NCBI GenBank assembly: GCA_964057225.1
Contig: CAXKVF010000096.1
Coordinates: 42,692-106,691, forward strand
Direction of reading: 5' to 3'
DNA from: Auanema rhodensis
Taxonomy: Eukaryota > Animalia > Nematoda
DNA: 64,000 bases
Under the pieces are notes generated by a model, which saw only the letters and a list, made by a program, of their open reading frames with translations, was not told where the DNA came from and did no database searches. This document shows positions 1 through 12,319 of this stretch, in pieces. Position numbers and translations under genes: made by a program. Numbering within the stretch: position 1 is the stretch's first letter; every line of letters starts with the position of its first letter.

Positions 1-18
1 ATTTTTATTGATATTGGT

Positions 19-33
19 TCATGGTAACCATGA
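19..33. other. 15-bp interrupted palindrome TCATGGT-A-ACCATGA in each monomer (contains a BstEII site GGTNACC)
   Basis: TCATGGT is the reverse complement of ACCATGA. Coordinates are for monomer 1, and the motif repeats every 176 bp. Confidence 0.95.
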
Positions 34-42
34 CTTTGAAAT

Positions 43-83
43 TTACGTGAACTTTAATTTATGCTAATTAAATGTACACGTGA
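43..83. other. Imperfect inverted repeat in each monomer (17/18-nt arms, 6-nt loop)
   Basis: The left arm TTACGTGAAC-TTTAATT (43-59) aligns to the reverse complement of the right arm (66-83), TCACGTGTACATTTAATT, at 15 of 18 positions. Confidence 0.85.
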
Positions 84-106
84 TGTGCACTTGGTATGTA
101 ACTCGC

Positions 107-116
107 TTCACGTGAA
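107..116. other. 10-bp perfect palindrome TTCACGTGAA (CACGTG E-box/G-box core) in each monomer
   Basis: Read directly from the sequence. A second CACGTG is at 77-82 and a one-mismatch copy, TTTACGTGAA, is at 42-51. Confidence 0.95.
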
Positions 117-1056
117 AGATAAAGAGATGCGGTTTTCAAAATTAGATTCCCCATGTCCATATTAGTCTAAAAACAAATTTTTATTGATATTGCTTCATGG
201 TAACCATGACTTTGAAATTTACGTGAACTTTAATTTATGCTAATTAAATGTACACGTGATGTGCACTTGGTATGTAACTCGCTTCACGTGAAAGATAAAG
301 AGATGCGGTTTTCAAAATTAGATTCCCCATGTCCATATTAGTCTAAAAACAAATTTTTATTGATATTGCTTCATGGTAACCATGACTTTGAAATTTACGT
401 GAACTTTAATTTATGCTAATTAAATGTACACGTGATGTGCACTTGGTATGTAACTCGCTTCACGTGAAAGATAAAGAGATGCGGTTTTCAAAATTAGATT
501 CCCCATGTCCATATTAGTCTAAAAACAAATTTTTATTGATATTGGTTCATGGTAACCATGACTTTGAAATTTACGTGAACTTTAATTTATGCTAATTAAA
601 TGTACACGTGATGTGCACTTGGTATGTAACTCGCTTCACGTGAAAGATAAAGAGATGCGGTTTTCAAAATTAGATTCCCCATGTCCATATTAGTCTAAAA
701 ACAAATTTTTATTGATATTGCTTCATGGTAACCATGACTTTGAAATTTACGTGAACTTTAATTTATGCTAATTAAATGTACACGTGATGTGCACTTGGTA
801 TGTAACTCGCTTCACGTGAAAGATAAAGAGATGCGGTTTTCAAAATTAGATTCCCCTTGTCCATATTAGTCTAAAAACAAATTTTTATTGATATTGGTTC
901 ATGGTAACCATGACTTTGAATTTTACGTGAACTTTAATTTATGCTAATTAAATGTACACGTGATGTGCACTTGGTATGTAACTCGCTTCACGTGAAAGAT
1001 AAAGAGATGCGGTTTTCAAAATTAGATTCCCCATGTCCATATTAGTCTAAAAACAA

Positions 1057-4000
1057 ATTTTTATTGATATTGGTTCTTGGTAACCATGACTTTGAAATTT
1101 ACGTGAACTTTAATTTATGCTAATTAAATGTACACGTGATGTGCACTTGGTATGTAACTCGCTTCACGTGAAAGATAAAGAGATGCGGTTTTCAAAATTA
1201 GATTCCCCATGTCCATATTAGTCTAAAAACAAATTTTTATTGATATTGCTTCATGGTAACCATGACTTTGAAATTTACGTGAACTTTAATTTATGCTAAT
1301 TAAATGTACACGTGATGTGCACTTGGTATGTAACTCGCTTCACGTGAAAGATAAAGAGATGCGGTTTTCAAAATTAGATTCCCCATGTCCATATTAGTCT
1401 AAAAACAAATTTTTATTGATATTGGTTCATGGTAACCATGACTTTGAAATTTACGTGAACTTTAATTTATGCTAATTAAATGTACACGTGATGTGCACTT
1501 GGTATGTGACTCGCTTCACGTGAAAGATAAAGAGATGCGGTTTTCAAAATTAGATTCCCTATGTCCATATTAGTCTAAAAACAAATTTTTATTGATATTG
1601 GTTCATGGTAACCATGACTCTGAAATTTACGTGAACTTTAATTTATGCTAATTAAATGTACACGTGATGTGCACTTGGTATGTAACTCGCTTCACGTGAA
1701 AGATAAAGAGATGCGGTTTTCAAAATTAGATTCCCCATGTCCATATTAGTCTAAAAACAAATTTTTATTGATATTGCTTCATGGTAACCATGACTTTGAA
1801 ATTTACGTGAACTTTAATTTATGCTAATTAAATGTACACGTGATGTGCACTTGGTATGTAACTCGCTTCACGTGAAAGATAAAGAGATGCGGTTTTCAAA
1901 ATTAGATTCCCCATGTCCATATTAGTCTAAAAACAAATTTTTATTGATATTGGTTCATGGTAACCATGACTTTGAAATTTACGTGAACTTTAATTTATGC
2001 TAATTAAATGTACACGTGATGTGCACTTGGTATGTAACTCGCTTCACGTGAAAGATAAAGAGATGCGGTTTTCAAAATTAGATTCCCCATGTCCATATTA
2101 GTCTAAAAACAAATTTTTATTGATATTGCTTCATGGTAACCATGACTTTGAAATTTACGTGAACTTTAATTTATGCTAATTAAATGTACACGTGATGTGC
2201 ACTTGGTATGTAACTCGCTTCACGTGAAAGATAAAGAGATGCGGTTTTCAAAATTAGATTCCCCATGTCCATATTAGTCTAAAAACAAATTTTTATTGAT
2301 ATTGGTTCATGGTAACCATGACTTTGAAATTTACGTGAACTTTAATTTATGCTAATTAAATGTACACGTGATGTGCACTTGGTATGTAACTCGCTTCACG
2401 TGAAAGATAAAGAGATGCGGTTTTCAAAATTAGATTCCCCATGTCCATATTAGTCTAAAAACAAATTTTTATTGATATTGCTTCATGGTAACCATGACTT
2501 TGAAATTTACGTGAACTTTAATTTATGCTAATTAAATGTACACGTGATGTGCACTTGGTATGTAACTCGCTTCACGTGAAAGATAAAGAGATGCGGTTTT
2601 CAAAATTAGATTCCCCATGTCCATATTAGTCTAAAAACAAATTTTTATTGATATTGCTTCATGGTAACCATGACTTTGAAATTTACGTGAACTTTAATTT
2701 ATGCTAATTAAATGTACACGTGATGTGCACTTGGTATGTAACTCGCTTCACGTGAAAGATAAAGAGATGCGGTTTTCAAAATTAGATTCCCCTTGTCCAT
2801 ATTAGTTTAAAAACAAATTTTTATTGATATTGGTTCATGGTAACCATGACTTTGAAATTTACGTGAACTTTAATTTATGCTAATTAAATGTACACGTGAT
2901 GTGCACTTGGTATGTAACTCGCTTCACGTGAAAGATAAAGAGATGCGGTTTTCAAAATTAGATTCCCCATGTCCATATTAGTCTAAAAACAAATTTTTAT
3001 TGATATTGCTTCATGGTAACCATGACTTTGAAATTTACGTGAACTTTAATTTATGCTAATTAAATGTACACGTGATGTGCACTTGGTATGTAACTCGCTT
3101 CACGTGAAAGATAAAGAGATGCGGTTTTCAAAATTAGATTCCCCTTGTCCATATTAGTCTAAAAACAAATTTTTATTGATATTGGTTCATGGTAACCATG
3201 ACTTTGAATTTTACGTGAACTTTAATTTATGCTAATTAAATGTACACGTGATGTGCACTTGGTATGTAACTCGCTTCACGTGAAAGATAAAGAGATGCGG
3301 TTTTCAAAATTAGATTCCCCATGTCCATATTAGTCTAAAAACAAATTTTTATTGATATTGGTTCATGGTAACCATGACTTTGAAATTTACGTGAACTTTA
3401 ATTTATGCTAATTAAATGTACACGTGATGTGCACTTGGTATGTAACTCGCTTCACGTGAAAGATAAAGAGATGCGGTTTTCAAAATTAGATTCCCCATGT
3501 CCATATTAGTCTAAAAACAAATTTTTATTGATATTGCTTCATGGTAACCATGACTTTGAAATTTACGTGAACTTTAATTTATGCTAATTAAATGTACACG
3601 TGATGTGCACTTGGTATGTAACTCGCTTCACGTGAAAGATAAAGAGATGCGGTTTTCAAAATTAGATTCCCCATGTCCATATTAGTCTAAAAACAAATTT
3701 TTATTGATATTGGTTCATGGTAACCATGACTTTGAAATTTACGTGAACTTTAATTTATGCTAATTAAATGTACACGTGATGTGCACTTGGTATGTAACTC
3801 GCTTCACGTGAAAGATAAAGAGATGCGGTTTTCAAAATTAGATTCCCCATGTCCATATTAGTCTAAAAACAAATTTTTATTGATATTGGTTCTTGGTAAC
3901 CATGACTTTGAAATTTACGTGAACTTTAATTTATGCTAATTAAATGTACACGTGATGTGCACTTGGTATGTAACTCGCTTCACGTGAAAGATAAAGAGAT

Positions 4001-6688
4001 GCGGTTTTCAAAATTAGATTCCCCATGTCCATATTAGTCTAAAAACAAATTTTTATTGATATTGCTTCATGGTAACCATGACTTTGAAATTTACGTGAAC
4101 TTTAATTTATGCTAATTAAATGTACACGTGATGTGCACTTGGTATGTAACTCGCTTCACGTGAAAGATAAAGAGATGCGGTTTTCAAAATTAGATTCCCC
4201 ATGTCCATATTAGTCTAAAAACAAATTTTTATTGATATTGGTTCATGGTAACCATGACTTTGAAATTTACGTGAACTTTAATTTATGCTAATTAAATGTA
4301 CACGTGATGTGCACTTGGTATGTGACTCGCTTCACGTGAAAGATAAAGAGATGCGGTTTTCAAAATTAGATTCCCTATGTCCATATTAGTCTAAAAACAA
4401 ATTTTTATTGATATTGGTTCATGGTAACCATGACTCTGAAATTTACGTGAACTTTAATTTATGCTAATTAAATGTACACGTGATGTGCACTTGGTATGTA
4501 ACTCGCTTCACGTGAAAGATAAAGAGATGCGGTTTTCAAAATTAGATTCCCCATGTCCATATTAGTCTAAAAACAAATTTTTATTGATATTGCTTCATGG
4601 TAACCATGACTTTGAAATTTACGTGAACTTTAATTTATGCTAATTAAATGTACACGTGATGTGCACTTGGTATGTAACTCGCTTCACGTGAAAGATAAAG
4701 AGATGCGGTTTTCAAAATTAGATTCCCCATGTCCATATTAGTCTAAAAACAAATTTTTATTGATATTGGTTCATGGTAACCATGACTTTGAAATTTACGT
4801 GAACTTTAATTTATGCTAATTAAATGTACACGTGATGTGCACTTGGTATGTAACTCGCTTCACGTGAAAGATAAAGAGATGCGGTTTTCAAAATTAGATT
4901 CCCCATGTCCATATTAGTCTAAAAACAAATTTTTATTGATATTGCTTCATGGTAACCATGACTTTGAAATTTACGTGAACTTTAATTTATGCTAATTAAA
5001 TGTACACGTGATGTGCACTTGGTATGTAACTCGCTTCACGTGAAAGATAAAGAGATGCGGTTTTCAAAATTAGATTCCCCATGTCCATATTAGTCTAAAA
5101 ACAAATTTTTATTGATATTGGTTCATGGTAACCATGACTTTGAAATTTACGTGAACTTTAATTTATGCTAATTAAATGTACACGTGATGTGCACTTGGTA
5201 TGTAACTCGCTTCACGTGAAAGATAAAGAGATGCGGTTTTCAAAATTAGATTCCCCATGTCCATATTAGTCTAAAAACAAATTTTTATTGATATTGCTTC
5301 ATGGTAACCATGACTTTGAAATTTACGTGAACTTTAATTTATGCTAATTAAATGTACACGTGATGTGCACTTGGTATGTAACTCGCTTCACGTGAAAGAT
5401 AAAGAGATGCGGTTTTCAAAATTAGATTCCCCATGTCCATATTAGTCTAAAAACAAATTTTTATTGATATTGCTTCATGGTAACCATGACTTTGAAATTT
5501 ACGTGAACTTTAATTTATGCTAATTAAATGTACACGTGATGTGCACTTGGTATGTAACTCGCTTCACGTGAAAGATAAAGAGATGCGGTTTTCAAAATTA
5601 GATTCCCCTTGTCCATATTAGTTTAAAAACAAATTTTTATTGATATTGGTTCATGGTAACCATGACTTTGAAATTTACGTGAACTTTAATTTATGCTAAT
5701 TAAATGTACACGTGATGTGCACTTAATATGTAACTCGCTTCACGTGAAAGATAAAGAGATGCGGTTTTCAAAATTAGATTCCCCATGTCCATATTAGTCT
5801 AAAAACAAATTTTTATTGATATTGCTTCATGGTAACCATGACTTTGAAATTTACGTGAACTTTAATTTATGCTAATTAAATGTACACGTGATGTGCACTT
5901 GGTATGTAACTCGCTTCACGTGAAAGATAAAGAGATGCGGTTTTCAAAATTAGATTCCCCTTGTCCATATTAGTCTAAAAACAAATTTTTATTGATATTG
6001 GTTCATGGTAACCATGACTTTGAATTTTACGTGAACTTTAATTTATGCTAATTAAATGTACACGTGATGTGCACTTGGTATGTAACTCGCTTCACGTGAA
6101 AGATAAAGAGATGCGGTTTTCAAAATTAGATTCCCCATGTCCATATTAGTCTAAAAACAAATTTTTATTGATATTGGTTCATGGTAACCATGACTTTGAA
6201 ATTTACGTGAACTTTAATCTATGCTAATTAAATGTACACGTGATGTGCACTTGGTATGTAACTCGCTTCACGTGAAAGATAAAGAGATGCGGTTTTCAAA
6301 ATTAGATTCCCCATGTCCATATTAGTCTAAAAACAAATTTTTATTGATATTGCTTCATGGTAACCATGACTTTGAAATTTACGTGAACTTTAATTTATGC
6401 TAATTAAATGTACACGTGATGTGCACTTGGTATGTAACTCGCTTCACGTGAAAGATAAAGAGATGCGGTTTTCAAAATTAGATTCCCCATGTCCATATTA
6501 GTCTAAAAACAAATTTTTATTGATATTGGTTCATGGTAACCATGACTTTGAAATTTACGTGAACTTTAATTTATGCTAATTAAATGTACACGTGATGTGC
6601 ACTTGGTATGTAACTCGCTTCACGTGAAAGATAAAGAGATGCGGTTTTCAAAATTAGATTCCCCATGTCCATATTAGTCTAAAAACAA
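1057..6688. repeat. 16-monomer (2816 bp) tandem block duplication: 1057-3872 and 3873-6688
   Basis: Both copies share the same ordered variant string: T21 at 1077/3893, G100+T152 at 1508/4324, C36 at 1620/4436, T153+T167 in monomers starting 2641/5457, and T41 at 3209/6025. The second copy has private changes at 5725-5726 and 6219. Confidence 0.9.
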
Positions 6689-9600
6689 ATTTTTATTGAT
6701 ATTGCTTCATGGTAACCATGACTTTGAAATTTACGTGAACTTTAATTTATGCTAATTAAATGTACACGTGATGTGCACTTGGTATGTAACTCGCTTCACG
6801 TGAAAGATAAAGAGATGCGGTTTTCAAAATTAGATTCCCCTTGTCCATATTAGTCTAAAAACAAATTTTTATTGATATTGGTTCATGGTAACCATGACTT
6901 TGAATTTTACGTGAACTTTAATTTATGCTAATTAAATGTACACGTGATGTGCACTTGGTATGTAACTCGCTTCACGTGGAAGATAAAGAGATGCGGTTTT
7001 CAAAATTAGATTCCCCATGTCCATATTAGTCTAAAAACAAATTTTTATTGATATTGGTTCATGGTAACCATGACTTTGAAATTTACGTGAACTTTAATTT
7101 ATGCTAATTAAATGTACACGTGATGTGCACTTGGTATGTAACTCGCTTCACGTGAAAGATAAAGAGATGCGGTTTTCAAAATTAGATTCCCCATGTCCAT
7201 ATTAGTCTAAAAACAAATTTTTATTGATATTGCTTCATGGTAACCATGACTTTGAAATTTACGTGAACTTTAATTTATGCTAATTAAATGTACACGTGAT
7301 GTGCACTTGGTATGTAACTCGCTTCACGTGAAAGATAAAGAGATGCGGTTTTCAAAATTAGATTCCCCATGTCCATATTAGTCTAAAAACAAATTTTTAT
7401 TGATATTGGTTCATGGTAACCATGACTTTGAAATTTACGTGAACTTTAATTTATGCTAATTAGATGTACACGTGATGTGCACTTGGTATGTAACTCGCTT
7501 CACGTGAAAGATAAAGAGATGCGGTTTTCAAAATTAGATTCCCATGTCCATATTAGTCTAAAAACAAATTTTTATTGATATTGGTTCATGGTAACCATGA
7601 CTTTGAAATTTACGTGAACTTTAATTTATGCTAATTAAATGTACACGTGATGTGCACTTGGTATGTGACTCGCTTCACGTGAAAGATAAAGAGATGCGGT
7701 TTTCAAAATTAGATTCCCTATGTCCATATTAGTCTAAAAACAAATTTTTATTGATATTGGTTCATGGTAACCATGACTCTGAAATTTACGTGAACTTTAA
7801 TTTATGCTAATTAAATGTACACGTGATGTGCACTTGGTATGTAACTCGCTTCACGTGAAAGATAAAGAGATGCGGTTTTCAAAATTAGATTCCCCATGTC
7901 CATATTAGTCTAAAAACAAATTTTTATTGATATTGCTTCATGGTAACCATGACTTTGAAATTTACGTGAACTTTAATTTATGCTAATTAAATGTACACGT
8001 GATGTGCACTTGGTATGTGACTCGCTTCACGTGAAAGATAAAGAGATGCGGTTTTCAAAATTAGATTCCCCATGTCCATATTAGTCTAAAAACAAATTTT
8101 TATTGATATTGGTTCATGGTAACCATGACTCTGAAATTTACGTGAACTTTAATTTATGCTAATTAAATGTACACGTGATGTGCACTTGGTATGTAACTCG
8201 CTTCACGTGAAAGATAAAGAGATGCGGTTTTCAAAATTAGATTCCCCATGTCCATATTAGTCTAAAAACAAATTTTTATTGATATTGCTTCATGGTAACC
8301 ATGACTTTGAAATTTACGTGAACTTTAATTTATGCTAATTAAATGTACACGTGATGTGCACTTGGTATGTAACTCCCTTCACGTGAAAGATAAAGAGATG
8401 CGGTTTTCAAAATTAGATTCCCCTTGTCCATATTAGTCTAAAAACAAATTTTTATTGATATTGGTTCATGGTAACCATGACTTTGAATTTTACGTGAACT
8501 TTAATTTATGCTAATTAAATGTACACGTGATGTGCACTTGGTATGTAACTCGCTTCACGTGAAAGATAAAGAGATGCGGTTTTCAAAATTAGATTCCCCA
8601 TGTCCATATTAGTCTAAAAACAAATTTTTATTGATATTGGTTCATGGTAACCATGACTTTGAAATTTACGTGAACTTTAATTTATGCTAATTAAATGTAC
8701 ACGTGATGTGCACTTGGTATGTAACTCGCTTCACGTGAAAGATAAAGAGATGCGGTTTTCAAAATTAGATTCCCCATGTCCATATTAGTCTAAAAACAAA
8801 TTTTTATTGATATTGCTTCATGGTAACCATGACTTTGAAATTTACGTGAACTTTAATTTATGCTAATTAAATGTACACGTGATGTGCACTTGGTATGTAA
8901 CTCGCTTCACGTGAAAGATAAAGAGATGCGGTTTTCAAAATTAGATTCCCCATGTCCATATTAGTCTAAAAACAAATTTTTATTGATATTGGTTCATGGT
9001 AACCATGACTTTGAAATTTACGTGAACTTTAATTTATGCTAATTAAATGTACACGTGATGTGCACTTGGTATGTAACTCGCTTCACGTGAAAGATAAAGA
9101 GATGCGGTTTTCAAAATTAGATTCCCCATGTCCATATTAGTCTAAAAACAAATTTTTATTGATATTGGTTCATGGTAACCATGACTTTGAAATTTACGTG
9201 AACTTTAATTTATGCTAATTAAATGTACACGTGATGTGCACTTGGTATGTGACTCGCTTCACGTGAAAGATGAAGAGATGCGGTTTTCAAAATTAGATTC
9301 CCCATGTCCATATTAGTCTAAAAACAAATTTTTATTGATATTGGTGCATGGTAACCATGACTTTGAAATTTACGTGAACTTTAATTTATGCTAATTAAAT
9401 GTACACGTGATGTGCACTTGGTATGTAACTCGCTTCACGTGAAAGATAAAGAGATGCGGTTTTCAAAATTAGATTCCCCATGTCCATATTAGTCTAAAAA
9501 CAAATTTTTATTGATATTGGTGCATGGTAACCATGACTTTGAATTTTACGTGAACTTTAATTTATGCTAATTGAATGTACACGTGATGTGCACTTGGTAT

Positions 9601-12319
9601 GTAACTCGCTTCACGTGAAAGATAAAGAGATGCGGTTTTCAAAATTAGATTCCCCATGTCCATATTAGTCTAAAAACAAATTTTTATTGATATTGGTGCA
9701 TGGTAACCATGACTTTGAAATTTACGTGAACTTTAATTTATGCTAATTAAATGTACACGTGATGTGCACTTGGTATGTAACTCGCTTCACGTGGAAGATA
9801 AAGAGATGCGGTTTTCAAAATTAGATTCCCCATGTCCATATTAGTCTAAAAACAAATTTTTATTGATATTGGTGCATGGTAACCATGACTTTGAAATTTA
9901 CGTGAACTTTAATTTATGCTAATTAAATGTACACGTGATGTGCACTTGGTATGTAACTCGCTTCACGTGAAAGATGAAGAGATGCGGTTTTCAAAATTAG
10001 ATTCCCCATGTCCATATTAGTCTAAAAACAAATTTTTATTGATATTGGTTCATGGTAACCATGACTTTGAAATTTACGTGAACTTTAATTTATGCTAATT
10101 AAATGTACACGTGATGTGCACTTGGTATGTAACTCGCTTCACGTGAAAGATAAAGAGATGCGGTTTTCAAAATTAGATTCCCCATGTCCATATTAGTTTA
10201 AAAACAAATTTTTATTGATATTGGTTCATGGTAACCATGACTTTGAATTTTACGTGAACTTTAATTTATGCTAATTAAATGTACACGTGATGTGCACTTG
10301 GTATGTAACTCGCTTCACGTGAAAGATGAAGAGATGCGGTTTTCAAAATTAGATTCCCCATGTCCATATTAGTCTAAAAACAAATTTTTATTGATATTGG
10401 TTCATGGTAACCATGACTTTGAAATTTACGTGAACTTTAATTTATGCTAATTAAATGTACACGTGATGTGCACTTGGTATGTAACTCGCTTCACGTGAAA
10501 GATGAAGAGATGCGGTTTTCAAAATTAGATTCCCCATGTCCATATTAGTCTAAAAACAAATTTTTATTGATATTGGTTCATGGTAACCATGACTTTGAAA
10601 TTTACGTGAACTTTAATTTATGCTAATTAAATGTACACGTGATGTGCACTTGGTATGTAACTCGCTTCACGTGAAAGATGAAGAGATGCGGTTTTCAAAA
10701 TTAGATTCCCCATGTCCATATTAGTCTAAAAACAAATTTTTATTGATATTGGTTCATGGTAACCATGACTTTGAAATTTACGTGAACTTTAATTTATGCT
10801 AATTAAATGTACACGTGATGTGCACTTGGTATGTAACTCGCTTCACGTGAAAGATAAAGAGATGCGGTTTTCAAAATTAGATTCCCCATGTCCATATTAG
10901 TCTAAAAACAAATTTTTATTGATATTGGTTCATGGTAACCATGACTTTGAAATTTACGTGAACTTTAATTTATGCTAATTAAATGTACACGTGATGTGCA
11001 CTTGGTATGTAACTCGCTTCACGTGAAAGATGAAGAGATGCGGTTTTCAAAATTAGATTCCCCATGTCCATATTAGTCTAAAAACAAATTTTTATTGATA
11101 TTGGTGCATGGTAACCATGACTTTGAAATTTACGTGAACTTTAATTTATGCTAATTAAATGTACACGTGATGTGCACTTGGTATGTAACTCGCTTCACGT
11201 GAAAGATGAAGAGATGCGGTTTTCAAAATTAGATTCCCCATGTCCATATTAGTCTAAAAACAAATTTTTATTGATATTGGTTCATGGTAACCATGACTTT
11301 GAAATTTACGTGAACTTTAATTTATGCTAATTAAATGTACACGTGATGTGCACTTGGTATGTAACTCGCTTCACGTGAAAGATGAAGAGATGCGGTTTTC
11401 AAAATTAGATTCCCCATGTCCATATTAGTCTAAAAACAAATTTTTATTGATATTGGTTCATGGTAACCATGACTTTGAAATTTACGTGAACTTTAATTTA
11501 TGCTAATTAAATGTACACGTGATGTGCACTTGGTATGTAACTCGCTTCACGTGAAAGATAAAGAGATGCGGTTTTCAAAATTAGATTCCCCATGTCCATA
11601 TTAGTCTAAAAACAAATTTTTATTGATATTGGTGCATGGTAACCATGACTTTGAATTTTACGTGAACTTTAATTTATGCTAATTGAATGTACACGTGATG
11701 TGCACTTGGTATGTAACTCGCTTCACGTGAAAGATAAAGAGATGCGGTTTTCAAAATTAGATTCCCCATGTCCATATTAGTCTAAAAACAAATTTTTATT
11801 GATATTGGTTCATGGTAACCATGACTTTGAAATTTACGTGAACTTTAATTTATGCTAATTAAATGTACACGTGATGTGCACTTGGTATGTAACTCGCTTC
11901 ACGTGAAAGATGAAGAAATGCGGTTTTCAAAATTAGATTCCCCATGTCCATATTAGTCTAAAAACAAATTTTTATTGATATTGGTGCATGGTAACCATGA
12001 CTTTGAAATTTACGTGAACTTTAATTTATGCTAATTAAATGTACACGTGATGTGCACTTGGTATGTAACTCGCTTCACGTGAAAGATGAAGAGATGCGGT
12101 TTTCAAAATTAGATTCCCCATGTCCATATTAGTCTGAAAACAAATTTTTATTGATATTGGTGCATGGTAACCATGACTTTGAAATTTACGTGAACTTTAA
12201 TTTATGCTAATTAAATGTACACGTGATGTGCACTTGGTATGTAACTCGCTTCACGTGAAAGATGAAGAGATGCGGTTTTCAAAATTAGATTCCCCATGTC
12301 CATATTAGTCTAAAAACAA

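Larger units (their letters stand above)
1..9251. repeat. Satellite sub-domain A (alleles C17, T153, G100, C36, T21)
   Basis: TATTGCTTC (C17) occurs in roughly every second monomer up to 8816. CCCCTTGT (T153), TGTGACTC (G100) and GACTCTG (C36) were seen only here. Alleles G19, G70 and G121 were not seen here. Confidence 0.9.

Noticed and set aside
14-29. RFX X-box-like sequence (CATGGTAAC)
   Set aside because: Only the right half matches GTTGCCATGGYAAC. The left half and spacing do not fit, and the neighbouring bases are polymorphic (C17, G19).
101-132. Possible CENP-B box around CTCGCTTCACG...GCGG
   Set aside because: The required TTCG and CGGG elements are absent on both strands.
35-143. 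10-bp phased A/T tracts implying intrinsic curvature
   Set aside because: A/T tracts are present, but by eye their spacing is irregular. A periodicity or curvature calculation is needed before making the claim.
61-165. 34-codon ORF in each monomer (MLIKCTRDVHLVCNSLHVKDKEMRFSKLDSPCPY)
   Set aside because: Its length is expected by chance, I recognise no domain, and the common alleles inside it (G70, A87, T109, G121, T152) all change amino acids, so there is no sign of coding constraint.
1-176. 5S rDNA, tRNA, snRNA or MITE-derived tandem unit
   Set aside because: I see no recognisable RNA gene sequence, Pol III A/B/C boxes, terminal inverted repeats or target-site duplications.
7541-7543. 1-bp deletion in the C4 run (CCC instead of CCCC)
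   Set aside because: It is a singleton homopolymer indel, the typical long-read consensus error, and cannot be interpreted without reads.
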